From assembly GCA_963845565.1 (NCBI GenBank), contig CAWJSJ010000001.1, positions 288,001 to 352,000 of the forward strand: a stretch of 64,000 nucleotides of DNA, given 5' to 3'. Within the stretch, counting starts at the first letter, position 1, and every line of letters starts with the position of its first letter. The notes beneath the pieces were generated by a model that worked only from the letters and a program-made list of their open reading frames with translations, did not search any database and had not been told where the DNA came from. The translations under genes were made by a program, and so were the position numbers. Shown piece after piece: positions 11,933 through 22,140 of the stretch. The DNA comes from an uncultured Methylomirabilota bacterium (GTDB taxonomy: Bacteria > Methylomirabilota > Methylomirabilia > Methylomirabilales > 2-02-FULL-66-22).

Positions 11933-12435
11933 ATGGCGAGGAAAATGCGCAGATCAGGTGTCCCCACGTGGGAAGCCTCCAGGGGGACGGCACGACGGGG
12001 CGTCTGAGGCTGGAAGCGCTCTTGCGGGTGCGGCGGGGCGCGCTCGAACCGCCGAAGGCACCGGGCACCGCCAGCGCAGATCCGATCGATGCGGCCCAGG
12101 AGCGGGCGGAAGAGCGAACATGGCTCGCGATCGTGGAGCGCACCCGCGACATGCAGGCCATGGCGGACGAGGCGCTGGCCAGGCTGGACGCAGGGCGGTA
12201 TGGCGTGTGTGCAGAGTGTGAGGAGCCCATCCCGGCGCCCCGCCTCCGGGCGTTGCCATTCGCGGTGCGGTGCCTCCCGTGCCAGGAGCGCTGGGAACGG
12301 AGAGCCGAGGCGAGGAATGCCGCCGCCCCCCGCCCGGACGAGCACGCACTGAGATCGCTTCCGAGCAACCGGTGGTCGTCCGGCGAGTTCGCTCCCCCCC
12401 GAGAGGTGACCCGCTGGGCAGCCTACTCGGAGTAG
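11933..12435 (+). CDS. TraR/DksA C4-type zinc-finger protein; probable frameshift near 11985
   Basis: ADPIDAA, ALARLDAGRYGVCAECEEPIPAPRLRALPFAVRCLPCQ; the ATG 11933 with AGGAG RBS is in another frame across a G run. Confidence 0.8.
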
Positions 12436-12487
12436 CCGGGAAAAACCAAAAGTCGGATGGTGTCACGCCATCCGGGAAGGATGTCAC

Positions 12488-12598
12488 ATGAACTCCGTCC
12501 TCTACTTCGTGGGCGCCGTCGTCATCATTGCCGTGGTAGGTCGGTCTCTGCTTGGTCGGTCCGCCACGGCACCGATTTCCAGACGCGATCGATCCTAG
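12488..12598 (+). CDS. 36-aa membrane peptide, paralog of 3360-3434
   Basis: MNSVLYFVGAVVIIAVVGRSLLG...; GGAAGG RBS. Confidence 0.6.
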   Translation: MNSVLYFVGAVVIIAVVGRSLLGRSATAPISRRDRS

Positions 12599-14715
12599 GC
12601 CAACGGTACGCCGAATGCCGATGAACGGTACTGCGGTCCGGGTCCGACGACTGGCGAGTCCGCCGCCGCGCAATGCGTTGGCGGGCGCAGCCTTGCGCAC
12701 GAGAGCACTCGTTGCGGTGGGCGTCCTCTTGGTGGGCGCCGTGGGCCTGGCGTGTGTCTGGGCGACGTGGTCGTATCGGCTTCCGGACCTTCGCGCAGGG
12801 AATGCTGCGACGGTCCGCCTCTACGCCGGCAGCGAAGAGATCGCGGCCTTCCAGGGAGCCTCTCGGCGCTTTCAGATCTGGCTCCCCCTGGACGAGATCC
12901 CGCGGCCTGTCGTGAACGCGGTCTTGGCGGCGGAGGACCGGCGGTTCTTCCACCATCCGGGGATCGAGGTGCGCGCGGTCCTGCGCGCCACCCTGATGAA
13001 TCTGCAGAAACGGGGCGTGTACCAGGGCGGCAGCACGATCACGCAACAGCTTGCTCGCACGCTCTATTTCAGCAGCGAACGGACATGGGGGCGTAAGCTG
13101 CGGGAGTCCGCCGCCGCCCTGCTCCTCGAGATCCGGTACCCCAAGCGCCGGATCCTGGAAACCTATCTGAATGTCGTGTACATGGGGCACGATGGGAATG
13201 TCGCCATCCTCGGCATCGGGGCGGCATCGCGGCACTTCCTGGGCAAGGACCTGGCGGACGTCCGCCTCGACGAAGCCGCCGTGCTGGCCGCCGCCATTCA
13301 TGCGCCCAATCGAACCTTCTTCGGCCACTCCGCCCGCGCTGTCCATGCGCGCCGCGACTGGATCCTCCAGGCCATGCGGGGTCTGGATACGGCCGCCGAG
13401 AGTGCCGTTCGCGAGGCGATGGCCCGACCGCTGCCCCGCCGGGCACCCCGCAGCGCGGACCAGCCGGCGTACTTCGTGGACCTGGCGCGCGAAGAGATCG
13501 CCCGCCGGATCTCGCTCCCGGCCTCGGGTGAGGTCCGCATCACCACCACCCTGGATCCTCCGCTCCAGCGCGCCGCCGAGCGGGCGCTCCGCGAGGGCCT
13601 GGAACGGATCGCGCGAAGGCAGCCCGGCCTCGAGCGGGCGGGCCTGCAGGCGGCCCTGGTGGCCATCCAACCGGCCTCGGGAGCGATCCGCGCCTTGGTG
13701 GGCGGCCGGAGTTACCGCGAGAGCCCATTCAACCGGGCCACGCGGGCCGCCCGTCAGCCCGGCTCGCTCTTCAAGCCTTTTGTCTATCTGGCAGCCTTCG
13801 AGGCTGAGCGCATGGGTCGTGGCCCGGGCTTCACGCCGGCCTCGCTGATCCCCGATGACCCGGTCGAGATTCCGACCGGCTCCACCACCTGGTTCCCACA
13901 GAACTTCGATCGTCAGTTTCGCGGGCCGGTGACGATTCGCCGGGCACTGGAATCATCGCTCAACGTCCCGGCGGTCCGCGTCGCGCAGGACGTGGGCCTC
14001 AACCAAGTCGTGCTGATGGCCCAAGCCCTGGGGATCGCGCGGCCCCTCGCTGCGGTGCCATCCCTGGCCTTGGGAACCTCGGAGGTCACGCTACTGGAAA
14101 TCGCCGCGGCCTACGCCACGCTGGCCAATCAGGGTGTTCGGACGTTTCCCACCACGCTGGCCGCCGACGTGGCCGCCCAGGGGGTGCAGGCCGTTGAGCC
14201 GCTACCCCCGGCGGAGCGCGCGGTCTCGGCAGAATCCGCTTTCCTGATCACCCACGTGCTCCGCGGGGTGGTGCGCTCGGGCACGGGTCGCGCCAGCGTG
14301 CGTTGGGGGCTCAGCGACGCGGCGGCAGGAAAGACAGGAACCACGGACAACCTGCGGGACGCCTGGTTCGTCGGTTATACGCCGGAACTGGTGGTGGGGG
14401 TGTGGGTGGGCATGGACGATGCCAGTCCCGCTGGGCCTCACGGGCGCCCAGGCCGCGCTGCCGATCTGGGCCGCGGTGATGCAGGCCGCCGTGCGGCGGT
14501 CCCCCCCCTCACGGTTCACGCCGCCCCCCGGCGTCGTGATGGCTCGGGTGGATCGGGACAGCGGGCGTCTCGCCTCCTTCGAGTGCGGCGGTGGGCCGAC
14601 GATCGAGGAGGCATTCCGGGCCGGAAGCGAACCCCGGGATTCCGATTGTGGTAAACCGCGTCGCGTGGATGCCCCGGACTCTGTTGTCGGGTGGTTCCAG
14701 CGCCTGTTCCCCTGA
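12552..14715 (+). CDS. Class A penicillin-binding protein (transglycosylase/transpeptidase); frameshift near 14425; start uncertain
   Basis: EDRRFFHHPG, QGGSTITQQL, RKLRE, ETYLN; SLFK, SLN, KTGT; C-terminus LGLTGAQAALPIW in the next frame. Confidence 0.9.
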
Positions 14716-14979
14716 GCGGCCCGGAAGCACCGTCAGGGGCCACACCGGCGATCCAGCCACCCCGCTCCGCGCCCCTCCGACATGCAAGACAAGATCGGCC
14801 AAGCCGAGAAGGTCCAGGGGGCCCAGGTGCACGGCGAATCACATGCCGGAACGCCCTCGGCCCCGCGGTTGAGGCGACGCTGGGCCCGAAGCGCAGCAAC
14901 CCGCCCGGCGGGAGGTCTGCGGGGCGAGCTCGTCACAGAAAACCATAACACAACCTGACGGCAAACAGGAGGACGGACA

Positions 14980-15750
14980 ATGAAACCGATATTTTCTGCC
15001 GTGCTGATGGCGGCCGCGATGGCTCTGTTGGTGAACTGTTCGTCAATCAGGGATCCGGGATACGCGTCCGGAACGGACGACCGCATCGAATCCTCGGCCA
15101 GGGAGTCGTATATTTTCAAGACCTACCTTAAGGACGATGATATTGAGATTCACTCCCAAGACGGTGTCGTCACCGTGACGGGACTTGTGTCCGACGAATC
15201 CCACATCTCGTTGGCCCAGGAGACCGTCGTGAACCTCCCCGGGGTTAAGAGCGTGGACAACAGGTTGGAGGTCAAAGGCACGCCCCCCGCGGTCCGCTCG
15301 GATGCATGGCTCCGGGATAAAGTGAATTTCACGCTCGCGTCTCATCAGAGCGTGAGCGCCGCGCAGGCCGAGGTGGAGGTCAAAGACGGCATTGTGACTC
15401 TGCGCGGCAATGCGACCAGCCAGGCGCAAAAGGACCTGACGACCGAATACGCCAAGGATGTGGATGGGGTCAAAGACGTCAAGAATGAGATGACCGTGTC
15501 GATGACCGGGAAAACGACCCCCCGGACACCGGGCGAAAGGATTGATGACGCGTCTATCACCGCCCAGGTCAAGATGGCGTTGTTGGTCCATCGCTCCACC
15601 AGCGCCCTCCGCACCTCAGTCACAACGAAACGCGGTGTGGTCACCGTGGGTGGAAAAGCCAAGAATGCGGCCGAAAAGGACCTGGTAGACAAACTCGTCA
15701 GCGACATCCACGGTGTGCAGAGCGTCAATAACCGGATGACCATCCCGTAG
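14980..15750 (+). CDS. OsmY-like triple BON-domain (lipo)protein
   Basis: GGAGG RBS, signal peptide with Cys, three BON repeats (e.g. IDDASITAQVKMALL). Confidence 0.9.
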   Translation: MKPIFSAVLMAAAMALLVNCSSIRDPGYASGTDDRIESSARESYIFKTYLKDDDIEIHSQDGVVTVTGLVSDESHISLAQETVVNLPGVKSVDNRLEVKGTPPAVRSDAWLRDKVNFTLASHQSVSAAQAEVEVKDGIVTLRGNATSQAQKDLTTEYAKDVDGVKDVKNEMTVSMTGKTTPRTPGERIDDASITAQVKMALLVHRSTSALRTSVTTKRGVVTVGGKAKNAAEKDLVDKLVSDIHGVQSVNNRMTIP

Positions 15751-15853
15751 GGTGTGTCCACTACCCAATCGGTGGTACCGGTCACGGGCGTACCGCGGGC
15801 CGTGGGGCCTGATCGAACGGACCCAGGTCCCGCGGGAATCACGGCAGGGGTCG

Positions 15854-17662
15854 CTAGCCGGGGGCGGGCTGGACCTTGACGTGTGGATGGATGGATCGGG
15901 CGATCTGGTCGCGGGTTTCGATGAGCGTGACGGCGCAGTGGGTGGCGCCGGCGGCCAGTAGGGCTTCGCAGTCCTTGTGACCCTTCTCGGGCAGTCCCCA
16001 GTAGCCCACCACGATGTCGAGTCCGGGGAGTCGGCCGCGCAGCAGTGTGCTCAGGTGGCGGCTGGCGGACAAACCGCCGGGCGGAATGAAACCGACGCAG
16101 AACAACTCCGGGCGTTTCTGTTCTACTTCCTGCAGGATTTCGGAGAAGCGTTGGCCGGCGGCGCTGATGTCCATTTCATAGCGCGTGGCGTCGAGCAGTT
16201 GTTGCAACATCAGCAGGGCGATGGCGTCACCTTCGTCATGGGCGGGCCAGGCCAGGATGCGGCCTTTGGCGACGCTGACTGTGGCCGTGTCGCCACCGGC
16301 GATGGCGGGAGCATCGGTGGACGACGGGGGATAGGCGGACGGCAGGCCAATGCGTTCAACGATCTGCCGCGTGGACTTGTACACGAACTCTCGGTCGTCG
16401 TCCGGCAGGATGCCCAGCCGGCTGTCGCGTTTGGCGTAATGCAGGGCGGGCAGGAGCACTTCGTCGAAGACGTGCTCCACCGCATGCGTGCGCAACTGTT
16501 CTTCGACGATCGCCTCGGCCTCGTCCTGGTCCATCGCCAACAACCGCTTGTAGTAGGCCACCGAGGCCTGCATCATCGGCTGGTCGCCGAAGAGCACGGC
16601 GATGAATTCCAGTTGCGGGACATTCTTCGCGACCACAGTCAGGCACGCGGTCAGCGGCGTGGCCAACAGCAGGCCGACCGGGCCCCACAGCCAGGACCAA
16701 AACGCGATGGCGATCAGCATGGCCAGTTTTGACGTGCCCGCGCTCTGACTAAACAACATCGGCTCGATGACCATCGCGGCGGCGATCTCGAAGACCGCGA
16801 ACATCCCCAGCACCGACAGCGGCTGCCACCAGTTCGACGAAGTGGCCAGGCTGACCGCGAACGGCAGCAAGGCCGCAATCCAGATTCCGATGAAGGGAAC
16901 GAACCGGAGGATGACGATCAGGGATCCCCACAACAGGGCATAGGGTACTCCCAGCAGAAACAGCCCCAAGCCAATCGCCACGCCGAGGCAGGCATTGACG
17001 ATGAATTGGGCGAAAAGATACCGGCTCACTCGTTCGCCGGCTTCGTCGAGCGCCTGGGTCGTCAGGCTCAATCGTCCGTACCCCAGCAGCCGAATCACGC
17101 GGGTGCGCAACTCGTCGCGTTCGAGCAGCATGAAAATCACCAGCATGACGACCAGCAGGACTTGGAACACAGATTCCAGCAGCGGAAGAACCAGTTGCCA
17201 CACACCCGAGGAAAACCTGCCGCTTTGCACCGTCACCAGGACCGGTTTGGGGACGTGCTCGGCCGGTGGCGCGCTGGTGTTCAGGTCGCCGATCAACTGC
17301 TCGAACGTGGCGAGGACGTTGTCGAGCGCCGTGCCTTTGCCCACCTGCAAATCCTCGACGCGCTTTTTGATGTTGCCCTGGTAGCCCGGCAAGGCGTTGG
17401 CGAATTCCTTCACCTCAACCGAGACGCCCCAGCCGATGAGGCCGATCAGCGAAAACGTCAACACCGCCAGCAACAGGGCCGAGACCACCCGACCCAGGCC
17501 GAGGCGCTGGAGCGCGCTGTCGCAGGGACTCAAGAGAAAGGTCAGCAAGATCGCCAGCGCCACCGGCAACAGGACTGGGCGCGCCCAGTACAGCGAGGCG
17601 ACGATCAGCACGAGTGTGCCTGCCACGACCAGCGGCGACAATTTAGGAGCCTTCGTTGGCAC
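15854..17662 (-). CDS. AI-2E family transporter with a C-terminal cytoplasmic domain
   Basis: LYWARPVLLPVALAILLTFLLSP, RFVPFIG, WSWLWGPVGLLLATPLT. Confidence 0.9.
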   Translation of the reverse strand: MPTKAPKLSPLVVAGTLVLIVASLYWARPVLLPVALAILLTFLLSPCDSALQRLGLGRVVSALLLAVLTFSLIGLIGWGVSVEVKEFANALPGYQGNIKKRVEDLQVGKGTALDNVLATFEQLIGDLNTSAPPAEHVPKPVLVTVQSGRFSSGVWQLVLPLLESVFQVLLVVMLVIFMLLERDELRTRVIRLLGYGRLSLTTQALDEAGERVSRYLFAQFIVNACLGVAIGLGLFLLGVPYALLWGSLIVILRFVPFIGIWIAALLPFAVSLATSSNWWQPLSVLGMFAVFEIAAAMVIEPMLFSQSAGTSKLAMLIAIAFWSWLWGPVGLLLATPLTACLTVVAKNVPQLEFIAVLFGDQPMMQASVAYYKRLLAMDQDEAEAIVEEQLRTHAVEHVFDEVLLPALHYAKRDSRLGILPDDDREFVYKSTRQIVERIGLPSAYPPSSTDAPAIAGGDTATVSVAKGRILAWPAHDEGDAIALLMLQQLLDATRYEMDISAAGQRFSEILQEVEQKRPELFCVGFIPPGGLSASRHLSTLLRGRLPGLDIVVGYWGLPEKGHKDCEALLAAGATHCAVTLIETRDQIARSIHPHVKVQPAPG

Positions 17663-17809
17663 CGAACGCGTTCCTTCCGATCGCTGTCAGATGAGCCTGC
17701 CAGAAATCACACCCGTTGCCGCTGAGGTAAACACCCCGTACCGCCCGCACGGTTTCCCACCTGATTCTCATCCTACCATGAGCGATAGAAAGTATCCGGC
17801 TTATTCCCG

Positions 17810-18946
17810 CTAAAGCTGCTTCTCATAAATCCTATAGGTCTTTGACCTCCGCGCACCCATCTTCTGCAGTAGGGAATTGGCCGCCGTGTTGCTTTCGAGA
17901 ATCCAGGACAGCTCACACTTCCGGTAGTTCTTATTGTGCTTCGCGGCATCGTACGTACGACAGCAGAAGACGGCCTCGATGCCTCTCATGCGGTGCTTTT
18001 TCAAGACGCCCAAGACGGGCATGCGCCAGGAGCTGATCTTCCGCCGATGCCAGAGGATCTTCAGCAAACCCACAGGGAACAAACGGCCGCCCGCTTTCTT
18101 CAAGGCCTGGTTCATATCGGGAAGCACCAGAGACAACCCGGCCGGTTCGCCGTCGTACTCGGCGATGAAGGACAGATCCCTGTCGTAAATCAATTTGAAC
18201 TCGCCGACGATATGATCGAACTCTTCTTCCGTCAGCGGCACGGCGCCCCAGTTCTCGGACCAGGCCTCCGTGTAGATCTTCTTGATCCTGTCCCTTTCAT
18301 TCTTGAAATCTCTCACATCCATCGTACGGACGACGAGCTTGGGGTCCTCAAGCACAAAGCCGGCAATGTCGCGCAACCTCTTCGGGAAACCCTCACTCTC
18401 GAACATTGCATAGGCGTACAGGTCCTGGATCTTCTGCAAACCGTATCCTTCGATCAGGCCGGCATAGTACGGGGGATTATAGGTCATCCGGATGAATGGC
18501 GGCTCGTCGAAGGGATCGATGAGCAATCCGACTTCATGATTCACGGAAAAACTCATGGGCCCCCTGATGGTCTCGAGCCCGCGCCCCCTCAGCCAGCTCG
18601 CGGCTGCATCAAACAGCGCATTGGCGACCGGTTGGTCATTGACACATTCGAAGAAGCCGAAGAATCCAGCTCCGTCTTTGTGGACCTGACTGTGTTGTGT
18701 GTTCTCATGGGCTGAGATTCGTCCGACCGGTTCTTCGCCCCGAAACGCCATGAAGAGCTGGGCTTTTGAATGAGAAAGGTAGAGATTCTTTCCAGGGGTG
18801 AAGAATTGACGCTGGTCGAAGATCAGGGGTGGGACCCAGTGGGGATCATCCTGGTAAATCGTCCACGGGAACCTAATGAATTTCCCGAGCTGCCGTCTGT
18901 TCCCCAATTCAATAGGGTGTATCGAGACGGGGGGCGAGCCTGCCAT
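17810..18946 (-). CDS. GNAT-fold N-acyltransferase, bacterial ceramide synthase (bCerS/YghO)-like
   Basis: FIRFPWTIYQDDPHWVPPL, GFFGFFEC, GP..S.NHEVGLL, YNPPYY, AWSENWG.VP, ELSWILESN, KTYRIYEK. Confidence 0.75.
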   Translation of the reverse strand: MAGSPPVSIHPIELGNRRQLGKFIRFPWTIYQDDPHWVPPLIFDQRQFFTPGKNLYLSHSKAQLFMAFRGEEPVGRISAHENTQHSQVHKDGAGFFGFFECVNDQPVANALFDAAASWLRGRGLETIRGPMSFSVNHEVGLLIDPFDEPPFIRMTYNPPYYAGLIEGYGLQKIQDLYAYAMFESEGFPKRLRDIAGFVLEDPKLVVRTMDVRDFKNERDRIKKIYTEAWSENWGAVPLTEEEFDHIVGEFKLIYDRDLSFIAEYDGEPAGLSLVLPDMNQALKKAGGRLFPVGLLKILWHRRKISSWRMPVLGVLKKHRMRGIEAVFCCRTYDAAKHNKNYRKCELSWILESNTAANSLLQKMGARRSKTYRIYEKQL

Positions 18947-19265
18947 GCCGGCACCTCTTCCGATGTTGGTCCCATGCTATTATTTTACCGGGGGCAGGGC
19001 ACACCGGCAAAGGTCTCCGGCCGCATGGCACCAGGGTCACCTTTTTATCGCTCGTTTGCCTGGTGCTGGCAAGCCCAATTTGGGCGATGAGAACCGCCGC
19101 CCCGACCAAATCCGCAGAAGCCCTTTTTCAATCGTGGGCCGGCACCACCCGGCCGCGAGTGTTGGTTCTTCGCGGGGAACCGCGTATAATCCCGACCAGA
19201 CTGGTGGAAAGTGATGGTGCCGCACCGGCGGAGGGACGACGATAAGAACCCAGGACGCAGCATCC

Positions 19266-20270
19266 GTGCTGGTCACCGGGGCCAGCGGCTTTATCGGACG
19301 GCACCTGGTGCGCCGGCTGGTCGAGCGTGGCGACCGGGTGTCGTGCCTGGTGCGGGCCACGTCGCGCATCGACGAACTCCGATCGTCAGGCGCCCAATTC
19401 ATCGTGGGCGATGCGACCGATCGCGCCGGCATTGACCGGGCACTGGCACAGTCGCAGGCCGGCGTGGTGTTCCACCTGGCGGGCCTGGTGAAGGCGGTGC
19501 GGACGGCCGACTTCGCCCGCGTGAACGCGGGCGGCGTCGAATCCGTCGCGGCGGCCTGTGCGGACCGCGCCGAGCGGCCGGTGTTGATCGTGGTCTCCTC
19601 CCTGGCCGCGGCAGGGCCGTGCACCGGCGACCGACCTCGCGTGGAAGGCGATTCGCCCGCACCGGTTTCCGCCTACGGTCGCAGCAAACTCGCCGGCGAG
19701 TTGGCCGCGGCCACGCATGCCGGAGAGTTGGCAATCACCATCGTGCGTCCGCCGATCGTCTTCGGCCCCGGCGACCGAGGCGTGCTTGAATTGTTCCGGC
19801 CGATCGCCCGCGCGGGGCTCCAGGTCGTGCTCGGCTGGAAGGAACGACGCGTTTCGCTGATCCACGTGGCCGATCTGGTGGCACTCCTGCTCCTGGCCGC
19901 CGAGAAAGGCGAGCGTCTCCACCCCGACGGAGCGCCGGGCCAGGGTATCTACTTCGTGGCGGCAGAGCACGATCCGACCTATGCCGAACTGGGGCAGGCC
20001 ATGGCTACGGCATTGGGAAGAAAGCGGGCCACGGTGGTGCCGATGCCGGGAACGGTCGCACGACTGGTCGGGCTTTGCGGCGACGTTCTTGCACGCGTGC
20101 GGCAACGCCCGGGTTGGGTGAACAGCGACAAGATGGTCGAAGCCCTGGCGGGATCGTGGACGTGCTCATCCGCCAAGGCGCGTACGCAGTGGGGTTGGTC
20201 CCCCGCGGCCAGGTTGCCCGAACGACTGCGCGACACGGCCCAATGGTATCGCCAGGCCGGATGGCTCTGA
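19266..20270 (+). CDS. Extended SDR NAD(P)-dependent epimerase/reductase (candidate ceramide reductase)
   Basis: TGASGFIG, HLAG, SSLAA, YGRSK, RPPIVFGPGD; TATAAT at 19185. Confidence 0.85.
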   Translation: MLVTGASGFIGRHLVRRLVERGDRVSCLVRATSRIDELRSSGAQFIVGDATDRAGIDRALAQSQAGVVFHLAGLVKAVRTADFARVNAGGVESVAAACADRAERPVLIVVSSLAAAGPCTGDRPRVEGDSPAPVSAYGRSKLAGELAAATHAGELAITIVRPPIVFGPGDRGVLELFRPIARAGLQVVLGWKERRVSLIHVADLVALLLLAAEKGERLHPDGAPGQGIYFVAAEHDPTYAELGQAMATALGRKRATVVPMPGTVARLVGLCGDVLARVRQRPGWVNSDKMVEALAGSWTCSSAKARTQWGWSPAARLPERLRDTAQWYRQAGWL

Positions 20271-20345
20271 GCGCCTCGTCGAGAACCGGGCGGCCTTGCT
20301 CCGGGTCGGCCCCCGGAAACCGGAGGCCTCCGGTAACTCAGGACA

Positions 20346-21332
20346 CTAGGACATCTTCACCGCCCCCCCAAGCAGCCCGCGGCAGACATTCGCGATGTTG
20401 AGAGCCGCCGCGCCGTTTTGAACAGGCATCAGCCGACGTAATTCGTCCAGGTCGAAGTCCGAATGGGTTTCCTTGTCCAGCGCCAGGCCGACAAATGCCG
20501 TCGATGAGTATTGCGTGACCAGGACATCGCAATTCGCGATCATCTCTTCGGCACTTCCCGTCGTAAACACCGTGGCGCCCGGCGCCCACCGGGAGATTTC
20601 CCGGGTCGCGCGCTTGACGTTTTCCGCCGGGTGAAGCTTGAAGATGAGCCGCCGGTCGCCGGCGATCCCAACGGCTTTGCGGATGAACGCCTCGCGGTCT
20701 TCGCCCCGAAACGTCTCCCGGAGCGGCGACGTACAGACCAGCACATAGTGGCTGTGGGGGAATGTGTTGGCGCGATATCGGCGGCAGTCATCGAAATTGG
20801 GGATGCCCGTGACGACGATCTTGTCGGCCCGCGCGCCTTTTCGGATGAAGAAATCCCGATAGCCTTCGCTGGCGACGCAGAATCTGCGGTAGGCATTGCT
20901 CAGGCCCGTCGCCGCCGTGCCCGCCAGCCACAGCGGAAGGAACCGAATTCGCGTGACCAGACGAAACGCAAAGGTTTCCGGATCCGTGATCCCCTCCTGC
21001 ACCAGGACGATCCGGTGGTTCCGGATGTTCTTCTGCAGGTACACGTCCGTACAGGTGACCACCAGGTCGTAGGGCCCGTTTCGTCCCTGGTAGTCGACGG
21101 GGAGGTCGTGATCCTCCAGATACCGCCGGCAGCGTCCCGCGAGTCTGTTGCCGATGATCGTGAACTCCATCAACCCCAGCTTTCGCAGAATCTCGTCGAC
21201 GCCGTCGCAGTAGAAGGGCGAGAAGGCGTGCTCGTACTCGGAAAGATGCCCGGAGATCTGGTGCATCTGCGTGGTCTGATTCATCGAGCCGCAGATGAAC
21301 AGGATTCTCTTCTTCACGCGCACTCTTCCCAT
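20346..21332 (-). CDS. Hypothetical protein, probable GT-B fold (glycosyl/glycerophospho-transferase or UDP-GlcNAc 2-epimerase-like)
   Basis: KIVVTGIPNFD, LIFKLHPAE, MIANCDVLVTQYSST. Confidence 0.65.
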   Translation of the reverse strand: MGRVRVKKRILFICGSMNQTTQMHQISGHLSEYEHAFSPFYCDGVDEILRKLGLMEFTIIGNRLAGRCRRYLEDHDLPVDYQGRNGPYDLVVTCTDVYLQKNIRNHRIVLVQEGITDPETFAFRLVTRIRFLPLWLAGTAATGLSNAYRRFCVASEGYRDFFIRKGARADKIVVTGIPNFDDCRRYRANTFPHSHYVLVCTSPLRETFRGEDREAFIRKAVGIAGDRRLIFKLHPAENVKRATREISRWAPGATVFTTGSAEEMIANCDVLVTQYSSTAFVGLALDKETHSDFDLDELRRLMPVQNGAAALNIANVCRGLLGGAVKMS

Positions 21333-21346
21333 CGGGTCACTCTAAT

Positions 21347-21384
21347 CCGGATTATTCACGAAGGATTCGTGAATAATCCGGGCT
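21347..21384. repeat. REP/MITE-like palindrome (family R1)
   Basis: CCGGATTATTCACGAA-gga-TTCGTGAATAATCCGG; right part recurs at 45423-45446. Confidence 0.75.
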
Positions 21385-21440
21385 TACCTGACGCACAGCC
21401 ATTCTCGCCGGCAGCGGGAGGATACGTGGTGACGGGCGAA

Positions 21441-21468
21441 CCGGGTACCCATCCGCCAGGATGGGTGC
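21441..21468. repeat. Small hairpin repeat (family R2)
   Basis: ccgggtACCCATCCgccaGGATGGGTgc; near-identical reverse-complement copy at ~51567-51593. Confidence 0.65.
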
Positions 21469-21525
21469 GGTGTCACCGCGTACCGGCGACGCCTGTACAG
21501 GAACTCGGCATCATTGGGAGGCCGC

Positions 21526-22140
21526 CTATTGGGGCAGGTCCCTGATGACCGTTGCGATCTCCCGACTCAACGCTCCGAGCGCGCGGCTCATGGCCGCCAC
21601 CAAAGCGCCGTAGCCCGGCGCACCCACGACCTCGGTGATCGTCGAGCGCCGCAGGGCGAGTTCCTTCCCGTCGCCGCCCAGGATGCGCCAGCGCGCCTCC
21701 AGCGTGACGTCCGCACCCGCCGCCCCCTCGAAGCGCGCCACCTCCACGACAACCTGGTACTGCACCGGGTGGGACCCCCGCCATGGGAAGAGGGCGACGC
21801 GATCCGTTCGTAGCAGGATGGCCAGGTCCTCGCCCAGGACGCGGATCGCGCCGTCCTTCAACTGCTCCGACCAGCGGTCGAACTCGCCGAGCTCGATCTC
21901 TTCGCGTCCCCGGCGGGTCACGATCTCGCGGCGATCGAGGTAGCCCGGCAGTGTCACCGGCCCCACACCGATGGCAAGACCCCGCTCGGCGGCGAGCGGG
22001 TTTGCCTCGGTCGTCGGTACAGCCACGGGAACCAACGTGTAGAACCTGGTGGGGGCACTGGCGCCTCCCAGGCAGCCGCCCCCCCAGACCAGGATGGCCC
22101 CCAGCAGCAGGGCGCGCAGGCAACGGTCGCGGGTGCGCAT
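21526..22140 (-). CDS. PqiC-like / ABC auxiliary lipoprotein
   Basis: Lipobox-like GGGC, PTRFYTL, IGVGPVTLPGYLDR, LEARWRI. Confidence 0.85.
   Translation of the reverse strand: MRTRDRCLRALLLGAILVWGGGCLGGASAPTRFYTLVPVAVPTTEANPLAAERGLAIGVGPVTLPGYLDRREIVTRRGREEIELGEFDRWSEQLKDGAIRVLGEDLAILLRTDRVALFPWRGSHPVQYQVVVEVARFEGAAGADVTLEARWRILGGDGKELALRRSTITEVVGAPGYGALVAAMSRALGALSREIATVIRDLPQ

Noticed and set aside
14760..14900. Seventh regulon promoter before the triple-BON gene
   Set aside because: Only a CTCCGA half-site; no GG-N10-GC box at the expected distance
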